DNA from: Alphaproteobacteria bacterium
GTDB taxonomy: Bacteria; Pseudomonadota; Alphaproteobacteria; Bin65
DNA: 64,000 nucleotides
Assembly (NCBI GenBank): GCA_965202925.1
Contig: CBDBCG010000006.1
Span: 120,002 to 184,001 of the forward strand
Direction: 5' to 3'
Shown here piece after piece: positions 27,746 to 37,472 of this stretch. Position numbers and translations under genes: made by a program. Below the pieces are notes generated by a model. It did not search any database and was not told the origin of the DNA. It was given only the letters and a program-made list of their open reading frames with translations. The first letter of the stretch is position 1, and each line of letters begins with the position of its first letter.

Positions 27746-29305
27746 ATGCCCATCAACCTGGCCTGCCATCTGACACGGACGGCGCGGCGCCATCCCGATG
27801 CGCCGGCAATCCTGCATGGGGAACGGGAGCGCAGCTACGCCTGGCTGGACAACCGGGTCGGGCGGCTGGCCGGCGGATTGCGGCAGCTCGGCCTCGCCGA
27901 TGGCGACCGGGTCGGCATCGTCGTGGATACGGAACCGCGTTCGATCGAATGCCTGCTGGGGCCGTTGCGCGCCGGGCTCGCGATTGTCCCGGTCAACAGC
28001 CGTCTGCATCCGGCCGAGCACGCCCACATGCTCGGCGACTGCGGGGCGCGGGCCGTCCTGTGCAGCGCCTCGCGGGCGGCGGGGCTGCTGGGTGTGAGGG
28101 ACCGGATGCCGGCGCTGGAGCATTTTATCGTTATCTGGGGCGCGGGGCCGGCCGATCCGGGGATCATTGAATATGAGGAACTGGTATCGGGGGCGGCGCC
28201 GATCCCCGATGCCCCGGTCGGCCGGGATACGGTGTCGTGGATCTTCTACACGTCGGGCACCACCGGGCGCCCGAAAGGCGCCGTTCATACCCATCGCTCG
28301 CTCGGCGCCATGGTCGATGCCCAGCTCATCGATATCTGGCCCAGCGGCGTCAACGAACGGCTGGCCCATGTCACGCCGATGAGCCATGCGGCCGGGCTTC
28401 TGGTCTTCCACCAGATCGCCGGCGCCGGCGCCCACGTTTTCCCAGAGTTCCAGCGCTTCCAGGCCGAAGATTTCTACCGGATGGTCGAACGCCACCGGGT
28501 GACCAAGGCTTCGCTGGTGCCCACGATGATCCACCGGCTGCTCGACGGACCGTGGCCGGTCCGCCACGACATTTCCAGCCTGTCGACGGTGCAATATGGC
28601 GGCGCACCTTTGCATCTTGAGCCGCTGCGCCGGGCGATCGACCGGTTCGGGCCGATTTTCGTCAACGTCTACGCACAGGGCGAAGCACCGCTCGCCTGCA
28701 CCTTCCTCTCGAAGGCGGAGCATCGGGCGGCCCTCGAGAATTCAGCGCAGCGGCTGGCGTCGGTCGGGCGCGAATGTTACGGCACCGAGGTCGAGGTCTT
28801 CGACCCGGACGACAATCCCGTCGGACCGGGTTCACGCGGCGAGATCGTCGTTCGCGGCGACGTCGTCATGCAGCGCTACTGGAACGCGCCGGAGCCAAGC
28901 GCAGAGGCCCTGCGCGGCGGCTGGCTTCACACCGGCGACGTCGGCTGGAAGGACGAGGACGGCTACCTGTATATCACCGACCGCATCAAGGACATGGTGA
29001 TCAAGGGCGGAACCAACATCTATCCCCGTGAGATCGAGGAGGCGCTGCATCGCCACCGGGACGTCGCCGAAGCGGCGGTCTTCGGCGTCCCGGACGAGGA
29101 GTGGGGCGAGGCGGTGGCAGCGGCCGTCGTGCTCCGCGACGGTGCGCAGGCCGATACCGCAGCGCTGATCGCGTGGTGCCGCGAATCCGTCGCCGCGTTC
29201 AAGCTTCCCGCCGACATCCGTTTCGTCGACGCGCTGCCGAAGAGCAGCTACGGCAAGATTCTCAAGCGGGAGGTCCGCGCCGCGCTCTATCCCGGCATCG
29301 AATGA
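27746..29305 (+). CDS. AMP-dependent acyl-CoA synthetase/ligase
   Basis: AMP-binding signature IFYTSGTTGRPKGAVHTH, plus the C-terminal GWLHTGDVGWKDEDGYLYITDRIKDMVIKGGTNIYPREIE. Confidence 0.9.
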   Translation: MPINLACHLTRTARRHPDAPAILHGERERSYAWLDNRVGRLAGGLRQLGLADGDRVGIVVDTEPRSIECLLGPLRAGLAIVPVNSRLHPAEHAHMLGDCGARAVLCSASRAAGLLGVRDRMPALEHFIVIWGAGPADPGIIEYEELVSGAAPIPDAPVGRDTVSWIFYTSGTTGRPKGAVHTHRSLGAMVDAQLIDIWPSGVNERLAHVTPMSHAAGLLVFHQIAGAGAHVFPEFQRFQAEDFYRMVERHRVTKASLVPTMIHRLLDGPWPVRHDISSLSTVQYGGAPLHLEPLRRAIDRFGPIFVNVYAQGEAPLACTFLSKAEHRAALENSAQRLASVGRECYGTEVEVFDPDDNPVGPGSRGEIVVRGDVVMQRYWNAPEPSAEALRGGWLHTGDVGWKDEDGYLYITDRIKDMVIKGGTNIYPREIEEALHRHRDVAEAAVFGVPDEEWGEAVAAAVVLRDGAQADTAALIAWCRESVAAFKLPADIRFVDALPKSSYGKILKREVRAALYPGIE

Positions 29306-29372
29306 CGAACCGGCCGGCCTGGCGCCGGCGCACTGTCGTTCGGCGTCAGAGTCCGGTCCCTGAATTTCCGGC

Positions 29373-30209
29373 CTAGGCCATCGATGCCAGCTCTTCGAGC
29401 AGGTAGCCGCGGAACAGCGCGTAGTTCTCGACCATCGGAAAGTGCCCGATCCCCTTCATGACGGTGAAGCGGCAGCCGGGGATCGAGTCGGCCACCTCGC
29501 GCGTCATCTCCGGCGTCGCCGAGTAATCGTATTCGCCGGTCAGCAGCGAGACCTTGCAGCGGCTGGTGTCGATCCGCCTGATGTCCTCGCGCGCGTCCCA
29601 GTCCTCGCAGTAATACCAGACGTCGCCCTTGTAGACGCCCGGGCCCGACTGGCTGTAGTACCACCAGTTCTCGCGGCAGCCCTCCTCCGGCGAGTCCGGG
29701 CCGTTGAGCCCGTAGGTGTAGCACGCCGCGAGCTCGCCGCCGTGGATCGCCGGATGGTGCAGGAAGTCGTTGTCGCGCCCCTCGGCGAAGGCGGTGCTTT
29801 CGAGTCCGACGATGCCGGTAATCTCGTCCTGGTGGTCGGCGGCGACCTTGAGCACGATCGCGCCGCCCATCGAACAGCCCATCACCACCGGGCGGACGAG
29901 GCCGAGCGCGCGCCAGAAATCGCGGATCAGGCCGAGATAGACCTCCGTGGTGAGGCGGTATTTCTCCAGCCACCATTCGTCGGGCGGGTTCGAACGCCCG
30001 TGGAACGGAAGGTCGAAAGCGAGCACGCGAAACCGGCCGGTGATGTCCGTATCGTTGAGGACGTGGCGGAACTGGCGGCTGTCGGCGCCTGCCGTATGCA
30101 GGCAGATCAACGGCCTGCCTTCCCCCGCCTCCTCGTAATAGATCCGGTAGCGGCGCCCGCCGCTCAACAGGTTGAGATAGCGGCCGACCACCGGCTCAAG
30201 ATCGGCCAT
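29373..30209 (-). CDS. Alpha/beta hydrolase
   Basis: LICLHTAGADSRQF and nucleophile elbow VMGCSMGG are present. The product is 278 aa. Confidence 0.8.
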   Translation of the reverse strand: MADLEPVVGRYLNLLSGGRRYRIYYEEAGEGRPLICLHTAGADSRQFRHVLNDTDITGRFRVLAFDLPFHGRSNPPDEWWLEKYRLTTEVYLGLIRDFWRALGLVRPVVMGCSMGGAIVLKVAADHQDEITGIVGLESTAFAEGRDNDFLHHPAIHGGELAACYTYGLNGPDSPEEGCRENWWYYSQSGPGVYKGDVWYYCEDWDAREDIRRIDTSRCKVSLLTGEYDYSATPEMTREVADSIPGCRFTVMKGIGHFPMVENYALFRGYLLEELASMA

Positions 30210-30600
30210 CGAGCGGCTCCATCGTCTTGAGAATGTTCATCATGCGGTGCAGCGCGCGCGCGTTCTGCATCGCGGCGAGGGAATCGCCGTCGAGCTCGAA
30301 ATCCGGCACCCGCATCAGCATGGCGAAGAAATCGTGATACAGCGGTTCCGGATCCGGCCGGATGAACTTCGCCCAGACCCGCATCGGCGCGGAGATCGTG
30401 AACCGCGCCGGCCGGTCGAAGCGCGGGCGGTGCACGATATCCTCGATACGCCCCTCGCGCACCGAGAGCAGCCAGGCATCGCCCCCGAAGGCGAGCTTGA
30501 AGTCGAGCGAGAACCAGTCGCCGATCACGGCCATCTCGGGGTCCCCGTTGACCCGTTCCCGGTAGCACTCCATCCAGTCGGCGGTCGGCAAATCGCCCAT
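30196..30600 (-). CDS. SCP2 (sterol-carrier-protein-2-like) domain protein
   Basis: Only the last 134 codons of the 710-aa ORF 30196..32328 look like protein (MGDLPTADWMECYRERVNGDPEMAVIGDWFSLDFKLAFGGDAWLL...). The ATG is the complement of 30598-30600. It overlaps the downstream hydrolase start by 14 nt. Confidence 0.6.
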   Translation of the reverse strand: MGDLPTADWMECYRERVNGDPEMAVIGDWFSLDFKLAFGGDAWLLSVREGRIEDIVHRPRFDRPARFTISAPMRVWAKFIRPDPEPLYHDFFAMLMRVPDFELDGDSLAAMQNARALHRMMNILKTMEPLDGRS

Positions 30601-30984
30601 CGCGGTTCCCCGGAATGTCAGGCGGCAAGCCCGTGGCGGGCGAGGAACAGTTCCTTCGCCTCGGCACAGGCTCCCGGCTCCTCGGGCTGCAAAATGCGGC
30701 CCCGGCCGGGGCGGCGGCGGCTCCTCTATACCGAAACGGCGCCCGATGGCCAAATGCGATGTCGCGCCGGTTACCGTGCGTGGCCGGCACGGCCTCTCCC
30801 CGCAAGCCGAACAGGAATTCGATCGGGCGGGAAGCTGCCGATCCCTCCTTTCGCGGAATTGGACATCTCGACCCGCTCTCCGATATGCCCTGGCCGCCTC
30901 GGTGTCCTTGTAACCGGCCGATTGGCGCGAACGGTCCGGCATGCGAGGATACGGACCTGAATAATAAGGGAATTGTGCGGCATG

Positions 30985-31839
30985 AGCGGCGAAGTGGACT
31001 ACAGCGCATGGATCGGAAAGTCGGAGACCGAACACGGCGTCGCATCGGCCTATGCGGCGGACTATTTCACGGCGACGCTGGATCGCGACGATCCGCCGTT
31101 CCGGGACGGCGACCCGCTGCCGCCGGCCTGGCACTATTTCTATTTTCACGAGATCGTGCCTCTGGCCGCGACCGGCCCGGACGGGCACCTGGCCAAGGGC
31201 CTGTTCATGCCGCCGCTGCCGTTTCCGCGCCGTCTGTGGGCCGGGTCCCGAATGACCTTCGCATCGCCGATCCGGATCGGCGAGCGGGTGCGCAAGGTCA
31301 ACACCATCTCGGATATTTCGGTCAAGGAAGGCCGGTCCGGGCCGATGGGCTTCGTGACCATGACCCAGGACGTTTTCGGCGCCGACGACCGGCTGACGAC
31401 AAGGGAAGAGCGCACCCAGGTCTATTGCGAAGTGGCGGACCCCGATGCACCGAAGCCGCCGCCGCGGCCCGCGCCGGCCGATCCGGTGTGGAGCCGGACG
31501 GTGCATCCCTCCGCGGTCCTGCTGTTCCGCTATTCGGCGCTGACCATGAACTGCCACCGCATCCATTACGACAAGGATTATGCGCGCGAGGTCGAAGGCT
31601 GTCCGGGGCTGCTGGTGCACGGCCCGCTGACGATGACGCTGATGCTCGATCTGTTCCGGCGCGAAATGCCGGACGCGCAGATCGAATCGTTCGATCTGCG
31701 CGCTGTGGCGCCGGTCTACGACACGATGGATTTCTCGGTCCACGGCGCGCCCGGCGACGAGCCGGGACGATGCACGCTGTGGGCGATGACCGGCGAAGGC
31801 GCGCTCGCCATGACGGCCGACGTCAGATTCCGCGGCTGA
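30985..31839 (+). CDS. HTD2-like double hot-dog (MaoC-type) acyl-CoA hydratase/dehydratase
   Basis: NCHRIHYDKDYAREVEGCPGLLVHGPLT, and the ~285-aa length, match the mesaconyl-C4-CoA / itaconyl-CoA hydratase-like family as I remember it. An alternative start exists at 30973. Confidence 0.7.
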   Translation, partial: SGEVDYSAWIGKSETEHGVASAYAADYFTATLDRDDPPFRDGDPLPPAWHYFYFHEIVPLAATGPDGHLAKGLFMPPLPFPRRLWAGSRMTFASPIRIGERVRKVNTISDISVKEGRSGPMGFVTMTQDVFGADDRLTTREERTQVYCEVADPDAPKPPPRPAPADPVWSRTVHPSAVLLFRYSALTMNCHRIHYDKDYAREVEGCPGLLVHGPLTMTLMLDLFRREMPDAQIESFDLRAVAPVYDTMDFSVHGAPGDEPGRCTLWAMTGEGALAMTADVRFRG

Positions 31840-31945
31840 GCGGGTTGCGTTTCGTCCGGCCCTGGGGCAGCCGGGCCGTCCGGAGTCGCCTCCCGGCATC
31901 GCGTCGTATCCGGGCGTTCGACGCGCGCAGCAAACAGGAGCCAGC

Positions 31946-32800
31946 ATGAACCCGGTATCCCTGGAGGGGCGGACGGCAATTGTCACCGGGGCGGCGACCG
32001 GCCTCGGCAACGCCATGGCCGCCGGGCTGGCCGCCGCCGGCGCACGCGTGATGCTGGTCGACATAGCGGCCGAGGCGCTTGAGGCCGCCGCCGCAGCGCT
32101 CGGGGAGAATTTCGGCGATTCGAGAATTTCCTGCGTGGCGGCCGATGTCGCATCGCCGGCGGCAGCGGCGGAGGCCGTGGCGGCCTGTCTGGACCGCTTC
32201 GGCGCTCTGCACGCTCTCGTCAACAATGCGGGCCTCGGGCCGGTCAGCATACGCTCGAATTTCATTTCCGAGCCGCTCCGGTTCTGGGCTTGTCCGCCGG
32301 AACAATGGCGCCGGATTCTCGAGGTCAACGCCTATGGCACATTCCTGATGTCCCATGCGGCAGTACCCCACATGCTCGCGCAGGGCGATGGCCGCATCGT
32401 GAACCTGTCGACCACATGGGAAACGATGCTGCGGCCGGGTCTTGCCGCCTACGGGCCGTCCAAGGCCGCTATCGAAGCGCTGTCCTGCGCCATGACCGGG
32501 GAACTTGAAGGAACCGGCGTAACGGTGAATACGATCCTTCCCGGCCTGCCTGCGGACACCGGCCTGGTGCCCGACGATATCGGCCTCGACCGTTCGACCC
32601 TGTTGCCGCCTGCGGTCATGGTGGTGCCGGTCCGCTGGTTGTTGAGCGCCGATGCCCACTGGGCCACCGGGCGCCGCATCAGCGCGATGGATTGGGACGA
32701 GTCGCTGGCGCCGGCCGAAGCGCTCGAACGGTGCAGCGAACCGATCGCCTGGCCCGAAAAGGTGACGCCGGTCCTTCCGTCCCGCCCGGATGCATCCTGA
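31946..32800 (+). CDS. SDR-family oxidoreductase
   Basis: Cofactor motif AIVTGAATGLGNAMAAGLAAAGARVMLVD. An active-site YGPSKAA motif is present. Confidence 0.85.
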   Translation: MNPVSLEGRTAIVTGAATGLGNAMAAGLAAAGARVMLVDIAAEALEAAAAALGENFGDSRISCVAADVASPAAAAEAVAACLDRFGALHALVNNAGLGPVSIRSNFISEPLRFWACPPEQWRRILEVNAYGTFLMSHAAVPHMLAQGDGRIVNLSTTWETMLRPGLAAYGPSKAAIEALSCAMTGELEGTGVTVNTILPGLPADTGLVPDDIGLDRSTLLPPAVMVVPVRWLLSADAHWATGRRISAMDWDESLAPAEALERCSEPIAWPEKVTPVLPSRPDAS

Positions 32801-32839
32801 CGCCGGGCCTTTCGCGACGCGGCGGCGCTGCTAGCGGTT

Positions 32840-34288
32840 TCAATACCCCGGCGGCGGCGCGAAGCGGCGGTAGCCTTCCTCGATCAGCCCCGCCATGTGC
32901 AGGCAGGTCAGATCGTCATACCGACGCCCGACGATCTGGATGCCGACGGGCAGGCCGTCCGCCAGCCCGATCGGCGCGACGGTCGATGGCAGATAGTAGC
33001 CGCAGGGATAGCCGGCCCAGAACAACTGGTCGACGACCGGCTGGGTCTTGCCGTTGACGGTGATCGTCCGGTCGTGGCGCTCGCCCGTCTGGTCGTGCGG
33101 GAAAGCGGGCGACGACGCGGCGGGGCAGAACAGCAGGTCCCAGGTCTCGAACCACGCTTCCCAGCCTTCCATCAGCGCGTAGCGGCGCTCGTTCCACCTG
33201 AGCCAGTCCCGGTGCAGCATGGTCTGGGCTTCCAGCATCCGGCGGCGATAGGGGATCGCGTCGGCCGGCAGGCGGCGCAGATCCTCGTGCGCCTGCGTGA
33301 GCATCTCGTCGCTCAGCGGCTTGGACGTCTCGGCGCGCAGCAGCAGCGTGTAGACCTCCATCGCCTCCGCGGTGGAAAAGTCCGGCCTGGCGCCGATCTC
33401 GACCGTCGCGCCTTCGCCCTCCATCCAGCGGGCAAGCGCGGCGATGGCGTCCTGGTAGGACTGCTCGACCTCGGCCTGCGGATCGCTCAGCAGGACGCCG
33501 ACGCGGTAGTCCCGCAGTTCCTGCTTGCGTGGACCGGGCAGTTCCAGCCGCCAGCCCCGCGCGGCCGGGCCGTCGGCGCCGGCCAGAAGGCCGAAGGCGA
33601 GCTTCAGGTCCGCCGCCGACCGGGCCAGAGGGCCGACGACCGCGATGTCGGTGGGCGCCCGGTTCCCCGGCAGCGCCTGGCCGCGGTCCGGGACGATCTC
33701 CCAGGTCGGCTTGTGGCCGAAGACCCCGCAATAGTGCGCCGGATTGCGGATCGAGGCGCCGATATCCGAGCCGGCGTCCAGTCCGGTCAGCCCTGCAGCG
33801 AGCGCCGCCGCCGATCCGCCCGAGGAGCCGCCGGGCGTGCGGGCCAGGTCCCAGGGATTGCTGCAGGTGCCGTAGATCGCGTTGAAGCTTTGCCAGTCCG
33901 CCAGCATGAACGGGACATTCGTCTTGCCGAACACCACGGCGCCGGCGCCGCGATACCTTTCGACCACGGCCGAGTCCGTGTCCGCGATGTTGTCGCGGTA
34001 TTCCGGAACGCCCCAGGTGGTGGGCGAGCCCGTCAGGTCGTAGCTTTCCTTCACCGTGACGGGCAGGCCGTCCAGGGGGCCGGTATCCTCTCCGGCCGCG
34101 CGGCGCCGGTCCGAAGCGTCGGCTTGCGCCCGCGCGCTCCCGGCGTCCTGCCAGACGATCGCGTTGATCGCCGGATTGTGCCGTTCGACGCGGTCGAGAA
34201 AATGGTCGAGCAGCTCCCGCGCGCCGATTTCCCGCGCATCGAGCAGCGACATCAACCCGGTCGCCGACTTGAAATGGACTTCGGACAT
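32840..34288 (-). CDS. Amidase (amidase-signature family)
   Basis: Within ORF 32840..34486. The ATG is the complement of 34286-34288 (MSEVHFKSATGLMSLLDAREIG). The AS signature GGSSGGSAAALAAGL is present. Confidence 0.9.
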   Translation of the reverse strand: MSEVHFKSATGLMSLLDAREIGARELLDHFLDRVERHNPAINAIVWQDAGSARAQADASDRRRAAGEDTGPLDGLPVTVKESYDLTGSPTTWGVPEYRDNIADTDSAVVERYRGAGAVVFGKTNVPFMLADWQSFNAIYGTCSNPWDLARTPGGSSGGSAAALAAGLTGLDAGSDIGASIRNPAHYCGVFGHKPTWEIVPDRGQALPGNRAPTDIAVVGPLARSAADLKLAFGLLAGADGPAARGWRLELPGPRKQELRDYRVGVLLSDPQAEVEQSYQDAIAALARWMEGEGATVEIGARPDFSTAEAMEVYTLLLRAETSKPLSDEMLTQAHEDLRRLPADAIPYRRRMLEAQTMLHRDWLRWNERRYALMEGWEAWFETWDLLFCPAASSPAFPHDQTGERHDRTITVNGKTQPVVDQLFWAGYPCGYYLPSTVAPIGLADGLPVGIQIVGRRYDDLTCLHMAGLIEEGYRRFAPPPGY

Positions 34289-34479
34289 CGTGCGCTCCCC
34301 GCGGGTTATCCGGCCCGGCCCTTCGGCCACCGGGGTTGTAACACTGCCATGGGTTGGCGCGCCGATCCGCGTCCAACGGCCACGCCGTTGCGGCGGCACC
34401 GCTTCGCGCGCCGGTTTTCGTTTGATGCCCGCAGGCATACGATCGAGACTTTCCTTCGATCCGCCCGGAGCGAAAGACC

Positions 34480-35409
34480 ATGGCACTTCTGATCATCGAC
34501 CTCAGGATGGGAACGGACGCGGACTGGCGCGCCGCGATCAATGCCGAACTGCCGGACCTGGAGGTGCGCTTCTGGCCCGACGCCGGCGACCCTGCCGATA
34601 TCGAATATCTCGCCTTCACCCGCCCGAGGCCGGACGAATGGCCGGAATTTCCGAACCTCAAGGCGATGCTGACCCGCCAGGCGGGCGTCGACGGCTTTAT
34701 CGGGCATCCCCGGCTGCCGGACGTTCCGCTTTCCAAGCTGGAGCCGGAAGACGGCGATCCGATGATGACCGAATATGTCGTCATGCATGTGCTCCGGCTG
34801 CATCGCAACATGCCGGCCTACCGGGCGCGCCAGGCGCGCAGGGAATGGCGGGAGGTACGGCAGAAGCGGCCGGAGGAGCGCACCGTCGGCTTTCTCGGCT
34901 ACGGGACGATGGCGCGCAGGCCGGCGCGTATCCTGCGCGACATGGGGTTCGACGTCGCCGCCTGGACGCGGACGCCGAAGCCCGGCGCCGAAATCCCCGT
35001 CCATGCCGGCGCCCGCGGGCTCGGGACGATCCTCGAACGCTCGGACATCGTCGTCTGCCTGCTGCCCCTGACCGGGGAGACACGCGGCATCCTGAATGCC
35101 GCGGCATTCGCGAAAATGCCCGCAGGCGGCATGGTCATCAATATCGGCCGCGGCGAGCATGTTGTGACCGACGACCTGATCGCGGCGCTCGATGCGGGCC
35201 ATCTCTCCCACGCCGCGCTCGATGCGCATTCCCCCGAACCGCTGCCGCCGGAGAGCCCGCTCTGGGATCATCCCGGGGTGACCGTCATGCCGCATGTCGC
35301 GCGGCGCCCCAACATCGCGCAACTGGCGCCGCAGATCGTCGCCAACATCAGGCGCAGCGAGGCCGGACGGCCGCTGCTCCAGGAGGTCGACCGTGCCGCC
35401 GGCTACTGA
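34480..35409 (+). CDS. ghrA: Glyoxylate/hydroxypyruvate reductase A-like D-2-hydroxyacid dehydrogenase
   Basis: GFLGYGTMARRPA is the NAD-binding motif. The C-terminus EPLPPESPLWDHPGVTVMPHVA...EVDRAAGY closely parallels E. coli GhrA as I remember it. Confidence 0.8.
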   Translation: MALLIIDLRMGTDADWRAAINAELPDLEVRFWPDAGDPADIEYLAFTRPRPDEWPEFPNLKAMLTRQAGVDGFIGHPRLPDVPLSKLEPEDGDPMMTEYVVMHVLRLHRNMPAYRARQARREWREVRQKRPEERTVGFLGYGTMARRPARILRDMGFDVAAWTRTPKPGAEIPVHAGARGLGTILERSDIVVCLLPLTGETRGILNAAAFAKMPAGGMVINIGRGEHVVTDDLIAALDAGHLSHAALDAHSPEPLPPESPLWDHPGVTVMPHVARRPNIAQLAPQIVANIRRSEAGRPLLQEVDRAAGY

Positions 35410-35580
35410 CGGCCCGGCGCCGCTTCGTTCCGCCGAACGGCAGGCCTGCAGGAGAAGCCGTCAATATCCTGACACTTCCACCGGACCTGCCGGTGGCGGC
35501 AAATCGGACCTTCGCATATCCTTGCAGCGAGCCGCGCATCGGCGAGACGGTACCGGATTCGTTTCATTCGAGCCCCCGCA

Positions 35581-36474
35581 ATGCCGGTCCCGGGAGCGCG
35601 CGGAAAGTCGAGCGGCGTTGTGTCGGGTCAAATGACGACAGGGCCTTCCCCAAGCGCCCGCTGGCCGTTGGCGGGCCGGCAATGGCAGGGCGCCCGCGCC
35701 TACCAGGAGGATTCCTTCGCAACCCTGGACGTCGACATGGCGGACGGGGGAGCCGCGGCGCTGCTGATGATCCTGGCCGACGGCATGGGCGGCGCGGCAG
35801 GCGGCGCAGTGGCGAGCCGTGCGGTGGTCGAGGTCTTCGCCCGCGAGTTCCCTGCGCTGAGCGGAACGCCGGACACCCGGTTCCGCACCTGCCTGGAAGC
35901 CGCAACGGCCGACCTGCGCGCGCGGGAGATCGCGGACCCGCGGCTCAACGGAATGGGGACCACCGTTGTCGCCGCGCTCTATGACGGCCGCAGTCTGGAC
36001 TGGCTGAGCGTCGGCGATTCGCCGATGTGGCTGTATGCCTCCGGCGCGCTCGAGCGGCTGAACGCGGACCACTCGATGGCGCCGTTCCTCGAACGGCTCG
36101 TCCTGGCGGGCGAGCTGTCGCCGGAGGCCGCGCGCACGGACTGGCGGCGCCATATGCTGCGCTCCGTCGTCACCGCCAGTCCGCCGGACCTGGTCGATTG
36201 CGTCTCTCGCCCTTGCCGCCTTCAGCCGGGCGACTGCCTGCTGATCGCCAGCGACGGGATCGAGACCCTCTCCGAAGCGGAGATCGCGCGGGAGATCCGC
36301 GCCGCGGACGGCAGCGCGGACGCTGCGGCCGACGCGCTGGATCGCGCCGTGCGCGCCGCCGCCGGTCCTAGCCAGGACAACGTGACCGTCCTGCTGCTGT
36401 CCGCCGGAGCCGGCGAAGCCGCGGATCGGGACGCAGCGCAGGCCGGTCGGCCGCCGGTCGCGTCCGGCCGCTGA
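35581..36474 (+). CDS. PP2C-family Ser/Thr protein phosphatase
   Basis: GARAYQEDSF, LILADGMGGAAGG, GTTVVAALYDG, VGDSPMW and LIASDGI are present. The start is uncertain (35581 or the ATG at 35632). Confidence 0.75.
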   Translation: MPVPGARGKSSGVVSGQMTTGPSPSARWPLAGRQWQGARAYQEDSFATLDVDMADGGAAALLMILADGMGGAAGGAVASRAVVEVFAREFPALSGTPDTRFRTCLEAATADLRAREIADPRLNGMGTTVVAALYDGRSLDWLSVGDSPMWLYASGALERLNADHSMAPFLERLVLAGELSPEAARTDWRRHMLRSVVTASPPDLVDCVSRPCRLQPGDCLLIASDGIETLSEAEIAREIRAADGSADAAADALDRAVRAAAGPSQDNVTVLLLSAGAGEAADRDAAQAGRPPVASGR

Positions 36475-36598
36475 CGTCGGATAGATTCCTCCACCCGTCT
36501 CCGGCGATCGGCAGGCTGTCCTTGCCCTTCATGCGCTGCCAGACGATCAGCACGAGAGTCAGCAGGGTGATCCACGCGGACAGGCCGCCCGGCGCCGG

Positions 36599-37393
36599 TC
36601 AGGTCAGGAACTTCGTGAAGCCGCCGTCGACGTTCCAGCAGGCGCCGGTTACGAAACTCGCGCGCTCCGACGCGAGGAATGCGACGACGCCGGAGACCTC
36701 GTCGGGCCGGCCGTAGCGCCCGGTCAGGAGGAGCTGTCCGGCGAGGTTGGTGAACACCTCGTCGACGGTCTCCCCGGCCTCGCCGACGAAGGCCTCCTCC
36801 GCGATGCGTTCCCACAGCGGTGTGTGGATGAGGGCCGGGTTGACCGCATTCACCCGGATGCCGTCGCCGGCGAGATCCTGGGCCAGGGTCTTAGTCATCG
36901 CGAGCATCGCCGCCTTGGCCGAGTTGTAGTCCGCCATGCCGCCGAGCCCGCTGTGCCCGCTCACCGACGCGACGTTGATGACTGAGCCGCCGCCCTGCTT
37001 GCGGATCAGGGGCACCGCGGCGCGCGTCGCCCGGACCGCGCTCCAGAGATTGATGTCGTAAGTCTGCTCCCAGACCTCGTCCGGGTCCTCGACGGTCCGG
37101 CCCACCGCGGCGTCGCCGGCGTTGTTCACCAGAATGTCCAGATGTCCGAAATGCGCGGCGGTGTCGTTGACGAAGCGTTCCACATCCTCGCGCCTGCTCA
37201 TGTCGGCGACGCAGGAGAAGACCGCGCCGCCGGCCGCCTCGATCGCGGCCCTGGTCTCGTCGAGCGGCCCCTGACGGCGCGCGCAGATCGAAACCCTGGC
37301 GCCCTCCTGCGCGAACTCCATCGCGATCGCCTGGCCGAGGCCGAGGCTCGAGGCCGTCACGGCGGCCACCTTGTCCTTCAATCCGAGTTCCAT
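36599..37393 (-). CDS. SDR-family oxidoreductase
   Basis: VAAVTASSLGLGQAIAMEF...NNAG...YNSAKAA. The product is 264 aa. Confidence 0.9.
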   Translation of the reverse strand: MELGLKDKVAAVTASSLGLGQAIAMEFAQEGARVSICARRQGPLDETRAAIEAAGGAVFSCVADMSRREDVERFVNDTAAHFGHLDILVNNAGDAAVGRTVEDPDEVWEQTYDINLWSAVRATRAAVPLIRKQGGGSVINVASVSGHSGLGGMADYNSAKAAMLAMTKTLAQDLAGDGIRVNAVNPALIHTPLWERIAEEAFVGEAGETVDEVFTNLAGQLLLTGRYGRPDEVSGVVAFLASERASFVTGACWNVDGGFTKFLT

Positions 37394-37472
37394 TGTCCGT
37401 TCCCTTTCCTGATGATGTCTGTGGGTTCCTGCCGGCGGAAGCGCCGGGAGGCGCCTGAAGCGCCCGCCGGCC

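Noticed and set aside
26840-28723. 627-aa minus-strand ORF over the crotonase and ligase genes
   Set aside because: It is an antisense shadow ORF. The plus-strand products have clear family signatures.
30601-32328. N-terminal ~575 codons of the 710-aa minus-strand ORF
   Set aside because: Only the last 134 codons look like a real (SCP2) protein. The upstream part is Arg/Ala/Pro-rich and lies antisense to the well-supported HTD2-like and SDR genes.
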